A stretch of 64,000 nt of DNA from an uncultured Pelagibacteraceae bacterium (GTDB lineage: Bacteria > Pseudomonadota > Alphaproteobacteria > Pelagibacterales > AG-422-B15). Position 1 is the stretch's first letter, and every line of letters starts with the position of its first letter. The stretch spans positions 7,094-71,093 of the forward strand of contig CABYIR010000004.1 in assembly GCA_902518955.1 (NCBI GenBank), read 5' to 3'. Under the pieces are notes generated by a model. The model searched no databases. It was given only the letters and a program-made list of their open reading frames with translations, and was not told where the DNA came from. Position numbers and translations under genes: made by a program. Of this stretch, positions 18,408-28,467 are shown in pieces.

Positions 18408-19355
18408 TTAATTTACAAAAGCTTTCCAAACAGATTCATTGTCGGATAACCACTTCTTAGCAGCATCTTCATGTGTCATTTTATCAGTATCAACTAAAGC
18501 TGCCATTGCACCTATGTGACTTGTAGTAAAAGACATTTTTTTGAAAATTTCTGCTGCCTGTGGATGAGTTTTAGGAAATCCTTCATAAACAGCTTTTTTC
18601 AAATAACCGTCTGGGGATCCACATTTTCCATCACCACCGTCAACAGGTCTGCAGCCATCATAGTAAGGGGGGAAATCAATGAATGTAAATCCAGCACCAT
18701 CAGTAAAGTTTGGTGTCCAGTTAAAAATAATACTTCCTCTTTGCTCTTTCTCTGCAGCTGCAAGGTCAGCCCACAATGCATCCGCACCACCAGCAAACTT
18801 CACCATCCATAGATCATCTAATCCAAGAGCTTCGAGACGCTGTGGCATTAAATCTCCATGCCAACTTTGAGGTCCTTCTAACCAACGACCTTTACCACCT
18901 GAGTCAGGTGTTGCAAAATTTGCAGCACAATCTGGATTTTTTAGAGCCGTCCAATCTGGAAGACCTGGACATAGATCTGTATCCATAATCCAATTTGGGA
19001 AACCCATATCTTCTAGAGTTCTTGCTTCATGGTCACCCCAATCAAGCAAACCACCAGCATCTCTTGCGTTATCAAATGATTTACCAAACGCAGATTGCCA
19101 TACTTCGTGTGAAATATCGACGTCACCCTGACGAATAGCTTCATAAACCGCATTTGAGTCTGCAGGTACATATTCTACATTGTTTCCAATGCTTTCAAAA
19201 ATTCCCCCAATAACGTAAGCCATAACAATTTGACTTGACCAGTTATGAGTTGGAATTCTAATTGGCTTTTTACTATCTGCAGCATAAGCAGCTGTTCCAA
19301 GTGTAATACTTGCAACTACAAAAAATGCAGATAATAAACTGATTATCTTTCTCAT
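18408..19355 (-). CDS. ABC transporter substrate-binding protein, OpuAC/ProX-type (glycine betaine / TMAO class, TmoX-like)
   Basis: Signal peptide MRKIISLLSAFFVVASITLGTAAYA. Mature domain with the Trp/aromatic-rich blocks of the OpuAC family (PTHNWSSQIV, HEVWQSAFG, FNWTPNF). The ATG at 19355 sits 8 nt from the AGGAG, versus 2 nt for the ATG at 19361. Confidence 0.85.
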   Translation of the reverse strand: MRKIISLLSAFFVVASITLGTAAYAADSKKPIRIPTHNWSSQIVMAYVIGGIFESIGNNVEYVPADSNAVYEAIRQGDVDISHEVWQSAFGKSFDNARDAGGLLDWGDHEARTLEDMGFPNWIMDTDLCPGLPDWTALKNPDCAANFATPDSGGKGRWLEGPQSWHGDLMPQRLEALGLDDLWMVKFAGGADALWADLAAAEKEQRGSIIFNWTPNFTDGAGFTFIDFPPYYDGCRPVDGGDGKCGSPDGYLKKAVYEGFPKTHPQAAEIFKKMSFTTSHIGAMAALVDTDKMTHEDAAKKWLSDNESVWKAFVN

Positions 19356-19395
19356 TATCATTACTCCTAAGTTTTAATTATTAATCTGAGTAAAA

Positions 19396-19425
19396 ATTAT
19401 ACTCTCAGTATTGAAATAAAGTGAA
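19396..19425 (-). promoter_or_regulatory. Candidate promoter of the binding-protein gene
   Basis: Minus strand: TTCACT (19425-19420), an 18-nt spacer, then a perfect TATAAT (19401-19396). The -10 is embedded in an imperfect inverted repeat, CTGAGAGTA...TACTCAG (about 19387-19409). Confidence 0.4.
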
Positions 19426-19512
19426 TTGAAAAAAAAAGAATCTTTATAAAAAAAAACTATATATAGTCTGCACATGTACAAAAAACACAACAATTTGTTA
19501 TTACCGAAATAA

Positions 19513-21870
19513 CTAGGCTTTTACTCTACTCTTAGTTGGATCATAAAATGGAAATTCAATTATTTTTGCTTTTAATCTTCTTTGATGACCATCAAGCTTG
19601 CCAACTTCAACTTCAGTTCCAACTTCTGAGTAATGAACGTCTATTCTGCAAAACGCGATATTTTTATTAAGAGTTGGGGAAATCATTCCACTCGTAATGA
19701 CGCCAACCTGCCCTTTTCCAACATGAACACAGTCCCCATGACCACATTTTTCATTACCTTCGATTTCAAGGCCTACTAATTTTCTATGTGGATTTTCTTT
19801 TCTTCTAGTCAAAGCATCTCGACCTATAAAATTAGCTTCTTTTGACTTTAGTGGAACTGTAAATGAAATACCTGCTTCAAAAGGGTCTGTCTCATCACTA
19901 AATTCGTTTCCTCCTAAGATCAGCCCTGCTTCAATTCTCAACATATCCAAAGCATCAAAGCCCATTGGAACAATATTATATTCTTGTCCTGCTTCCCAAA
20001 TTGCATCCCAAACAGCTGGAGCATCTTTTGGATGGCAATAAACTTCATATCCAAGTTCTCCTGTATAACCAGTTCGAGACAACATAACTGGTATACCTAG
20101 ATGGTCGTTCAATCGACTGATATTAAAATGAAACCATTTTAAATCTTCTATTCCAGGGCTTGCAGGTGTCGTCCACATGATTTTTGATAAAACTTTACGA
20201 CTGTTTGGACCCTGAACTGAAAGGTTGTGTAATTGATCTGTAGAAGATTTAACTGAAGCTTTCAAATTTAATTTTAAAGCTAACTCACGTAACCATTCTC
20301 CAGAATAATCACTTCCACCAATCCATCGAAAGTTTGCATCTCCAAGCCTAAAAAGTGTTCCATCATCGATCATTGTTCCATTTTCATAACACATTGCTGT
20401 GTATACAACTTGACCTACTGATAGTTTCTTCACATTTCTAGTTAACGCAGTATTCATTAACTCTTCTGCGTCAGGTCCAATAACCTCAAACTTTTTAAGT
20501 GATGACAGGTCCATCATAACAACATTATTTCTGCAAGCAGTATATTCTGCTATTGTTCCATGATTGTCATATTTTCGAGGAATCCATACACCAGCAAATT
20601 CAATATAATCTCCAGTTAACTTTGAGGTTTTGTCGTGAAAACCTGTTTGCATTGTTAATTCTATATCTGCTTCCACGCTCTTTCGATATCCTATTGCTTT
20701 AGAGAAAAAATTCTCCTTGGAGTAAATTCTAACGCAAATATCTGTCGGGTTCCAGTCATTAGCTGCATCAATGTCACAAGGGCAAGCAGATGACAAAGAG
20801 ACTAAGTTCTTTTGCGCTTGAAAGAGAACATAATTTCCTGGCACTGACCACGGTACATCAAAAAAGAAAACATTTGTTGCATCAAGACCAGTATTAAAAA
20901 ATAGATTAATAGCCTGCCAGGCTCTTCTCTTTTCTACACCATAAGTATCCAATGCTCTGTTAAAATTATCTGAACAATTTGCATGACCAAAATACCCAAC
21001 GTCTTCATAGTACTTTGAGCTGCATGCATTTCCAAAAGTATCATGCCTGCCACAAGTGTCTTGTATGACTTCGACTAACGCATCTTGATCCTGGTCAAAA
21101 TATTTTGAAAATAGTCCTGGCACTGCATAATTCATTCCAATAATACTTCTTGTGACTATCGGATCTATAGACAGCTCTTTTCCCTTTTCTAATTTTAAAG
21201 AGTCAAAAACTTGAAAGTCAGAACACTGTCTACCATACAAATCAATCACTTGAATAAAATCACCTGCCTCAACTTCATATGATATGGCTGTACTGTTATC
21301 AACAATAAACTCTTCTTTAATCTCCGCTAAAGGAGGTGGTAAATAATAATTAGCTTTGTTATTAGTCTTATTTAGTCTTTTAATTTTGACCTCTAAATCA
21401 GTTGGTGGATTTTGAGTATCAACTGACATATCAGTACCGGGGGCAGCAACAATAATAAATCCATCATTTTCACAAGTAAACTCTTCAACTGTTCCAGCAG
21501 TTGTCTCTTGATCAAACAGATTAATTGAATGAGCTTTATAAAAATTAATTTTTTTTTTCTTTAATTTTGATAATAAATAATTTTGTTCTGATTTATTCGA
21601 TAATACTTCTTTAGCAAAAACTGCATCACCATTACTTTTCGATCCAATTGATTCTGGTGAGGACTTTCCTGTACTATCAAAAACAACAACTTCAGCTTTT
21701 TGGCTTCCTTCAATATTTTTAATTGAAATATGGTCACCCTTAAAGAATTCAATTCCAGTCAACCCCATGGCTTTAGCTATATAGCGCTCAACCCCATCTG
21801 GAAGTCCTATGATACCGGCATCATAAGGGTTTGTTTTTCTTACGTTAAAATTTTCTAAATTAATATCCAT
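19513..21870 (-). CDS. tdm: Trimethylamine N-oxide demethylase-like protein (N-terminal DUF1989-type domain + C-terminal GcvT folate-binding domain)
   Basis: 785 aa. The C-terminal part (about 350 aa) is clearly aminomethyltransferase-like (MMDLSSLKKFEVIGPDAEEL, LSVQGPNSRKVL, RTGYTGELGYEVY). The N-terminal part (about 430 aa) is Cys/His-rich (CGRHDTFGNACSSKYYEDVGYFGHANCSD, SSACPCDID). This two-domain layout is the one described for Tdm. Confidence 0.7.
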   Translation of the reverse strand: MDINLENFNVRKTNPYDAGIIGLPDGVERYIAKAMGLTGIEFFKGDHISIKNIEGSQKAEVVVFDSTGKSSPESIGSKSNGDAVFAKEVLSNKSEQNYLLSKLKKKKINFYKAHSINLFDQETTAGTVEEFTCENDGFIIVAAPGTDMSVDTQNPPTDLEVKIKRLNKTNNKANYYLPPPLAEIKEEFIVDNSTAISYEVEAGDFIQVIDLYGRQCSDFQVFDSLKLEKGKELSIDPIVTRSIIGMNYAVPGLFSKYFDQDQDALVEVIQDTCGRHDTFGNACSSKYYEDVGYFGHANCSDNFNRALDTYGVEKRRAWQAINLFFNTGLDATNVFFFDVPWSVPGNYVLFQAQKNLVSLSSACPCDIDAANDWNPTDICVRIYSKENFFSKAIGYRKSVEADIELTMQTGFHDKTSKLTGDYIEFAGVWIPRKYDNHGTIAEYTACRNNVVMMDLSSLKKFEVIGPDAEELMNTALTRNVKKLSVGQVVYTAMCYENGTMIDDGTLFRLGDANFRWIGGSDYSGEWLRELALKLNLKASVKSSTDQLHNLSVQGPNSRKVLSKIMWTTPASPGIEDLKWFHFNISRLNDHLGIPVMLSRTGYTGELGYEVYCHPKDAPAVWDAIWEAGQEYNIVPMGFDALDMLRIEAGLILGGNEFSDETDPFEAGISFTVPLKSKEANFIGRDALTRRKENPHRKLVGLEIEGNEKCGHGDCVHVGKGQVGVITSGMISPTLNKNIAFCRIDVHYSEVGTEVEVGKLDGHQRRLKAKIIEFPFYDPTKSRVKA

Positions 21871-21962
21871 TTATATCGTCAAGCATACATCAAATTTGAA
21901 TTGACAACTATCGCGAAGTAAGAAAAATGATGATTATTAGATTTAAAATTTAGGATTAATAT

Positions 21963-23306
21963 ATGTCAATTCCTGATAAGGCTGATTACGTAATCATAGG
22001 AGCTGGAATTCATGGACTTAGTACAGCATACCATTTAGCCTCAAAGTTAAAAGCTCAAGGCAAAGGTGATGGAAGTAAAATACTAGTCATTGAAAAAGAT
22101 GCTATTGCTGCTGGAGCAACCGGAGTTGCTTGTGGTGTAGTAAGAAATAATTACTTTCAACCTGCTATGAGAGAGTTAATGGCACATTCAGTAGAAGTTT
22201 GGGAAACAGACCCCAAGGCATATCACTATCATAGTGTTGGCTACATGCAAATCAGTCCCGAGTGTATGGAAGAAGATGTTGCATCAATTTACGATCAACA
22301 AAAAAATATAGGATATGAGTCTGAATTTATACAAGGAAAAGAAGAGTCCGAAAAATATATGAAGTCGATGTTTGGTGATTGGCAAGCAAAAGGAATTACG
22401 AGTGTGCTTCATGAAAAAAGGGGAGGTTATGCCAATAACACATCTGCTATGTATGGCTTAGCTGATAAGGCCGAGCATGAAGGGGTAAGACTTTTAACAG
22501 GAGTTACAGTTAAAGGCTTTCAATACGGTTCAAACTCTGATGCTGTAACTGCTGTAGATACCGATAAAGGATCAATAAAGTGCGATCAAGTTATTATCGG
22601 TGCAGGTCCTTGGGCACAGTCATTTTGGAATATGCTAGAGCTACCAAAAGAAATAAGCATTAAAAGTAATGGATCAGTTCATGAAAATATTCCTATGTGG
22701 CAATACTGGTTTTTAGTTGAAGGTGTTCTAAACGTTGATCCAAATTTTTTAAAAACTGAAGATGGAAATATGCCTCCTGTCATTCATGTTGATACTGACT
22801 CACCTCTTTATTCTGATGTCGATAAATCTCTAATCACAGATAAATTATGGGGAATTTATTATAAGCCTGATTTTCATTTTGGAGGAATTCAAGGTGGGGC
22901 TTCTCCTTACAAAGTAGGCAAACCTGGTGGAGCTGGAATAGAAGTAGATCCTTATGGACCTTCATCTAAGAACTTTGTGATTGATGACAACTTTGCGCAT
23001 ATGTGGACTTCTGCCTTAGCGTTCTGCCATAAAAGATTTGAAGGAAAATCCCACTTATTTAAGAAAGGTGCTACTGGTGGTCTTGGGTGTTTTACTCCTG
23101 ACTCTTTTCCTGTATTTGATCAATTTAGGGAAAATGTCTACATGATCGCTGATTCAAATCATGGATATAAAATGTTAGGTGTTGGAAAACTTGTTGCTGA
23201 TGAAATACTTGGTACAAAAAGTAGCTTATTAGAACCATTCAGATTCTCAAGATATGAAGAAGGCAAGCTACATCCTACATCAAACAGTCCCTTTCCTTGG
23301 AGTTGA
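21963..23306 (+). CDS. FAD-dependent oxidoreductase, DAO family (SoxB-like paralogue)
   Basis: 447 aa. N-terminal ADYVIIGAGIHGLSTAYHLA dinucleotide fold. Overall layout like the sarcosine oxidase beta subunit but clearly divergent from the next gene. Confidence 0.7.
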   Translation: MSIPDKADYVIIGAGIHGLSTAYHLASKLKAQGKGDGSKILVIEKDAIAAGATGVACGVVRNNYFQPAMRELMAHSVEVWETDPKAYHYHSVGYMQISPECMEEDVASIYDQQKNIGYESEFIQGKEESEKYMKSMFGDWQAKGITSVLHEKRGGYANNTSAMYGLADKAEHEGVRLLTGVTVKGFQYGSNSDAVTAVDTDKGSIKCDQVIIGAGPWAQSFWNMLELPKEISIKSNGSVHENIPMWQYWFLVEGVLNVDPNFLKTEDGNMPPVIHVDTDSPLYSDVDKSLITDKLWGIYYKPDFHFGGIQGGASPYKVGKPGGAGIEVDPYGPSSKNFVIDDNFAHMWTSALAFCHKRFEGKSHLFKKGATGGLGCFTPDSFPVFDQFRENVYMIADSNHGYKMLGVGKLVADEILGTKSSLLEPFRFSRYEEGKLHPTSNSPFPWS

Positions 23307-23348
23307 GCAAAATCGTTCTATATAATTAAACTTTAAAGGTTATTTGTT

Positions 23349-24605
23349 TTGAAAAAATACTCAGTATTCAGTCTGGTTAAAAATGCTCTCAATCATCATA
23401 AAGATTGGGATGTTGCTTGGAGAGATCCTGAGCCAAAAAAAGAATATGAAGCAGTTATCATTGGTGGCGGTGGTCATGGATTAGCTACTGCTTATTATTT
23501 AGCAAAATATTACGATCTAAAAAATATCGCTATTCTAGAAAAAGGTTGGATTGGCGGTGGAAATGTTGGAAGAAATACCACGATTTTAAGATCTAATTAT
23601 ATGCATGATGCAAATAACTTGTTCTATGAACAAGGAATGCAAATGTGGAAAGATCTGAGTCAGGAATTAAATTATAATGTAATGTATTCACCTAGAGGAA
23701 TATTAAATCTTGCTCACTCAGATGCTCAATTAAACGCTTATGCTAGAAGAGGAAATTCAATGAGGTTGAATGGAATTGATGCGGCACTTCTTGGAAGAGA
23801 AGAGGTAAGAAAGATGATTCCATTTGCAGACTTTACTGAGAATGCTCGATTTCCAATTTTTGGTGGGCTTCTTCAACCAATTGGCGGTACAGCAAGACAT
23901 GATGCAGTTGCATGGGGATACGCAAGGGCAGCTGATGACATGGGAGTAGACATAATACAACATTGTGAAGTAAACGGTTTTGATATTGAGAATGGTAAAG
24001 TTATTGGAGTACAAACATCAAAAGGCAATATCAAAACAAATAAAGTTGGGCTTTGTGTTGCAGGAAGTACTTCCATACTAGCTGAAAAATTAAATATGAC
24101 TCTTCCAATTGAAGCTCATGTTTTACAAGCCTGTGTTTCGGAACCAGTGAAACCTTTGCTTGATGGAGTAGTAACATTTGGCGCTGGTCATTTTTATTGT
24201 AGCCAATCTGATAAAGGTGAAATGGTTATGGGTGGGGATTTAGATGGATATAATAGTTATGCCCAAAGAGGAAATTTACCTACCATTCAACATGTACTAA
24301 CTGAGGGCGTCGCACTTTTTCCAAATTTAAGTCGATTAAAGATCTTACGAACATGGGGTGGGATTATGGATATGTCCATGGACGGCTCTCCTATAATTGA
24401 TAAAACTCACATTGAGGGCGTCTACTTAAATTGTGGTTGGTGCTATGGTGGCTTTAAAGCAACACCAGTATCAGGGCTGACTTTTGCTCATACGATTGCC
24501 TGTAATGAACCTCATGAATTAAATATTCCATTTAAATTAGATCGATTCCATACAGGACACTTAATTGACGAAAAAGGGCTCGGAACAAAAACCTGGATTA
24601 GTTAA
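23349..24605 (+). CDS. soxB: Heterotetrameric sarcosine oxidase beta subunit (or N-methylglutamate dehydrogenase subunit A)
   Basis: 418 aa. WRDPEPKKEYEAVIIGGGGHGLATAYYLAK is the classic SoxB N-terminus. TTG start at 23349. Confidence 0.8.
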   Translation: MKKYSVFSLVKNALNHHKDWDVAWRDPEPKKEYEAVIIGGGGHGLATAYYLAKYYDLKNIAILEKGWIGGGNVGRNTTILRSNYMHDANNLFYEQGMQMWKDLSQELNYNVMYSPRGILNLAHSDAQLNAYARRGNSMRLNGIDAALLGREEVRKMIPFADFTENARFPIFGGLLQPIGGTARHDAVAWGYARAADDMGVDIIQHCEVNGFDIENGKVIGVQTSKGNIKTNKVGLCVAGSTSILAEKLNMTLPIEAHVLQACVSEPVKPLLDGVVTFGAGHFYCSQSDKGEMVMGGDLDGYNSYAQRGNLPTIQHVLTEGVALFPNLSRLKILRTWGGIMDMSMDGSPIIDKTHIEGVYLNCGWCYGGFKATPVSGLTFAHTIACNEPHELNIPFKLDRFHTGHLIDEKGLGTKTWIS

Positions 24606-24607
24606 TT

Positions 24608-24874
24608 ATGCTTGAAATAAAATGTCCATATTGTGGAAATAGATCTCAAAATGAATTTGCCTATGGTGGAGATGCAACTGTTAAGAGACCAGAATTAAAC
24701 ACTGAAGTTTCGGATCAAGATTGGGACAATTTCGTTTATTATCGTAAGAACCCAAGAGGTAATCACTTAGAACTATGGCATCATATCTCAGGATGTCGTC
24801 AATGGTTTAAAGTCCTGCGTAACACAGCTACTCACGATATTATTCAAACGATGGAAATGAAAGAAAATCCCTAA
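24608..24874 (+). CDS. soxD: Sarcosine oxidase delta subunit (or MgdB)
   Basis: 88 aa. MLEIKCPYCGNRSQNEFAYGGDA Zn-ribbon-like start plus a later HxxxC, typical of SoxD. Confidence 0.8.
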   Translation: MLEIKCPYCGNRSQNEFAYGGDATVKRPELNTEVSDQDWDNFVYYRKNPRGNHLELWHHISGCRQWFKVLRNTATHDIIQTMEMKENP

Positions 24875-24875
24875 A

Positions 24876-27872
24876 GTGTCTCAAGAATTTAGAATAACAT
24901 CTGGCGGCCTCATTGATAGAAATAAAGAAATTAGCTTTATATTTAATGGTAAAAAATATACTGGCTATAAAGGCGACACTTTAGCTTCAGCTTTACTGGC
25001 AAATGGTGTTCATCTCATTGGGAGGAGTTTTAAATATCACAGGCCAAGAGGTATTATTGCTGCAGGAGTTGAGGATGCAAATGGGAAAGTTCAATTATAT
25101 AAAGAGAATATTACAGAGCCAAATGTTAATGTTACTGAGGTAGAATTAGTAGAAGGCTTAAGGATTGAAAGTCAGAATTGTTGGCCATCAGTAAACTTTG
25201 ATGTTGGAGGAATAAATAATTTTTTAAATCGTTTTTTTCCTGCTGGCTTTTATTACAAGACATTTATGTGGCCCAAAAGTTTTTGGTATCATGTTTATGA
25301 ACCTTTTATAAGAAAGGCTGCGGGAATGGGAAGGGCATCTTTGGATCCTGACCCTGATCGATATGAACATCAGTACGAACATTGTGATATTCTAGTTGTT
25401 GGATCGGGACCTTCCGGTATCGCAAGTGCCCTATCTGCTGCAAAAAATGGAGCGCGTGTTATTCTTGCTGAGGATAAAGCTCGATTTGGCGGATCGTTAC
25501 TGACTGACAATGTAACTATTGGCAATAAGAATGGAGACGAGTGGGTTGAAGACTCTATTAGTGAGTTAAAATCTATGCCAAATGTAATCATAAAAAAACG
25601 TTCTCAGGTTTTTGGCTACTATGATCATAATATGCTTGTCATGTTTGAAAGATGTAAAGATCATCTCAATAATCCTGAGCCTTATACTCCTCGTCAAAGA
25701 CTTTGGTATATAAGAGCTAAACATGTTTTAATATCTACCGGTTCAATTGAAAGACCTCTTATTTTTGCTAATAATGACAGACCTGGCATCATGTTAGCGA
25801 CGTCTGCTCGTGAATATTTAAAAGTGTATGGAGTTCTACCAGGAAAAAAACCAATTATTTTCACAAACAATGATACAGCCTATGAAACAGCTATTGAGTT
25901 TAAAGCTCATGGAATAGATACAATTATTTTAGATACGAGGAAATCATCTGATGCTGGAGTAGTCATCGAAGCTAAAAATATCGGAATAGAAATTAAATTT
26001 AACCATGGTATTGCAAATACTACTGGATATAAAAAAGTTAAATCAGCTACCATTGGCGAACTTACTGAATCTAAAGATGGCTATAAATATTTAACGACAA
26101 TTCCATGTGACTCTATTTTTGTTTCTGGCAATTGGACTCCTACTGTTCATCTTGCATCTCAATCAGGAAACAAACTTAAATACGAAAGTGAAACAGATAC
26201 ATTTTTACCTGATCAATCAAGACAGAAAGAAACTGTGACTGGCTCAGCTAATGGTTCTTTTACATTAAAAGAAAGTTTAGCCGACGGTTTCAAGAAGGGA
26301 TATCAGCTTTCAGATGAAATCACAAAAAATGGTAGAGAAACTTCAATCCCAATTTCAGATGAAAAGGATTTTGGTTCTCATGATAAATTCTGGTGCATGC
26401 CACTTCCAGACAACAAACACTATAAGAGATTTGTTGATTTTCAAAATGATGTGGCTGTTTCAGATATCCAATTGGCAGTAAGAGAAGGTTTCAGATCAAT
26501 TGAGCATGTAAAAAGATATACCACCCTTGGAATGGCTACAGACCAAGGTAAAACAAGTAATCTTAATGGTCTACAACTGGTTTCGGATCTAGAAAAGAAA
26601 ATTGTTCCAGAAGTTGGCCATACCACTTTTAGACCACCTTATACTTCTGTAACTATTGGAACTATTATTGGTCGTGAAGTTGGGAAAAATTATCGCGCCA
26701 CAAGAAAATCACCAATACATGAATGGCACGAAAAAAATAATGCCATATTTGTTGATGCAGGACTTTGGCTGCGTCCAAGATACTATAAACGAGGAAATGA
26801 AACTCTCCAACAAGCGGCAAAAAGAGAGGCACTAAATGTAAGACAAAATGTTGGTATTTGTGATGTAACGTCTCTTGGAAAAATTGATATTAAAGGAGAA
26901 GATTCTGCTGAGTTTCTTAATAGAATATATACAAACGCCTTTCTGAAGTTACCCATTGGAAAAGCACGATATGGCGTGATGTTAAGAGAAGATGGTATGG
27001 TTTTTGACGATGGAACAACAACAAGATTAGCTGAAAATCATTTTCATATGACAACCACAACTGCACAAGCCGCAAATGTTCTATCGCATCTTGAATATTA
27101 TCTTCAAGTTGTCTGGCCTGAACTTGATGTTAATGTAGTATCAACGACTGAACAATGGGCAGGAGCTGCTATTGCTGGTCCAAAATCTAGGGCATTGCTT
27201 CAAAGACTTTTTCCTAAAGAGGATATGGGCAATGATGGGTTTCCATTCATGGGTTTCAAAGAATTAAAATTTAAAAATACTGTTGCAAGAGTTTTTCGTA
27301 TCTCGTTTTCAGGTGAATTAGCCTTTGAACTAAATGTAATGTCTGATTATGGAGAGGAAATGTGGAATGAAATTATAAGTCAAGGTGAAGATCTTGATAT
27401 ACAGCCTTATGGCACTGAAGCTCTTTCAACGCTTAGAATTGAAATGGGCCATGTTGCTGGTTCTGAGATCGATGGGCGAACGATTGCTTATGATCTTTCT
27501 CTAGAAGGAATGCTTAGCCAGAAAAAAGATTTTGTTGGAAAGAGATCGCTTAATAGAAAGGCATTTACGGAGAATAATAGAGAAAAAATTGTGGGAGTTG
27601 TTCCAGTTGATAAAAAAACATCGATTCCAGAAGGTTCTTATCTAGTGGAAAATGTAAAAGCAAGCTTTCCGAACCCTAAACTAGGTCATGTATCTGCTTC
27701 TTGTTGGAGTGTCGAATATGATAATCCTTTTTCATTAGCAATTGTTAAAGATGGTAAAAATAAAAAAGGTGAAAAGCTGTTTGCCGTATCACCTCTCAAA
27801 AATAAGATAATCCCTGTTGAGATTGTATCTCAGCACTATGTAGATCCTGAGGGGAAAAGAGTGCGTTCATGA
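24876..27872 (+). CDS. soxA: Sarcosine oxidase alpha subunit (or MgdC), contains a GcvT folate-binding domain
   Basis: 998 aa. GDTLASALLANGVHLIGRSFKYHRPRG N-terminus, ILVVGSGPSGIASA dinucleotide fold, C-terminal aminomethyltransferase-like region (FSGELAFELN). GTG start. Confidence 0.85.
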   Translation: MSQEFRITSGGLIDRNKEISFIFNGKKYTGYKGDTLASALLANGVHLIGRSFKYHRPRGIIAAGVEDANGKVQLYKENITEPNVNVTEVELVEGLRIESQNCWPSVNFDVGGINNFLNRFFPAGFYYKTFMWPKSFWYHVYEPFIRKAAGMGRASLDPDPDRYEHQYEHCDILVVGSGPSGIASALSAAKNGARVILAEDKARFGGSLLTDNVTIGNKNGDEWVEDSISELKSMPNVIIKKRSQVFGYYDHNMLVMFERCKDHLNNPEPYTPRQRLWYIRAKHVLISTGSIERPLIFANNDRPGIMLATSAREYLKVYGVLPGKKPIIFTNNDTAYETAIEFKAHGIDTIILDTRKSSDAGVVIEAKNIGIEIKFNHGIANTTGYKKVKSATIGELTESKDGYKYLTTIPCDSIFVSGNWTPTVHLASQSGNKLKYESETDTFLPDQSRQKETVTGSANGSFTLKESLADGFKKGYQLSDEITKNGRETSIPISDEKDFGSHDKFWCMPLPDNKHYKRFVDFQNDVAVSDIQLAVREGFRSIEHVKRYTTLGMATDQGKTSNLNGLQLVSDLEKKIVPEVGHTTFRPPYTSVTIGTIIGREVGKNYRATRKSPIHEWHEKNNAIFVDAGLWLRPRYYKRGNETLQQAAKREALNVRQNVGICDVTSLGKIDIKGEDSAEFLNRIYTNAFLKLPIGKARYGVMLREDGMVFDDGTTTRLAENHFHMTTTTAQAANVLSHLEYYLQVVWPELDVNVVSTTEQWAGAAIAGPKSRALLQRLFPKEDMGNDGFPFMGFKELKFKNTVARVFRISFSGELAFELNVMSDYGEEMWNEIISQGEDLDIQPYGTEALSTLRIEMGHVAGSEIDGRTIAYDLSLEGMLSQKKDFVGKRSLNRKAFTENNREKIVGVVPVDKKTSIPEGSYLVENVKASFPNPKLGHVSASCWSVEYDNPFSLAIVKDGKNKKGEKLFAVSPLKNKIIPVEIVSQHYVDPEGKRVRS

Positions 27873-28456
27873 GTAAAATTTCTCCATTATCAAATTCACA
27901 TGAATTAGGGCTTCACGGCAATTATAAAGATAAGGATAAGGCTAACTTATTAATTATAAGGGAGGTCACGAATATAAAAATTTATCAGCTCTCTAAATTT
28001 AAAAAGAGTAATTTTGACATTAATAATTTTTTACTAGATGGCTATAAGCTTCCGACTGAATCAGGGTTATCTACAGGCAATGAAAACTTAAGAATACAAT
28101 GGCAGGCACCAGATGTTTGGATGATACTTTCTCATAATGAAAATATTTTTCAAGAAATTAAGAGACAATGTGTAGAAAGAGATTTTGCAATTACCGATCT
28201 ATCTCACTCAAGAGCTATCCTTGAAGTTAAAGGCAAAGATGCACTTAATGTAATCAAAAAAGGATCACCACTAAATCTAAATGATTTTACTAAAAATAAT
28301 TGCGCAAATACAGTTTATCACGGTATTACAATATCTATCGACATGATCAATGATGACCCTATAACATTAAATATTATGGCGTTGAGAAGCTTTGCAGGAT
28401 CTTTTCATCACGCTATAACTGATGCTTCACTTGAATTTGGTTTTAATGCAATTTAA
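27869..28456 (+). CDS. soxG: Sarcosine oxidase gamma subunit (or MgdD)
   Basis: 195 aa. Position and size fit SoxG. 4-nt overlap with soxA. Sequence family only weakly recognisable by eye. Confidence 0.65.
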   Translation: MSKISPLSNSHELGLHGNYKDKDKANLLIIREVTNIKIYQLSKFKKSNFDINNFLLDGYKLPTESGLSTGNENLRIQWQAPDVWMILSHNENIFQEIKRQCVERDFAITDLSHSRAILEVKGKDALNVIKKGSPLNLNDFTKNNCANTVYHGITISIDMINDDPITLNIMALRSFAGSFHHAITDASLEFGFNAI

Positions 28457-28467
28457 AATCAAAATAA

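Noticed and set aside
19362-19512. Structured RNA, riboswitch or small gene in the 151-nt spacer between tdm and the binding-protein gene.
   Set aside because: I found only a promoter-like TATAAT with a short imperfect inverted repeat and poly-A/T runs. There is no conserved-looking multi-stem structure and no ORF with a start and ribosome-binding site.
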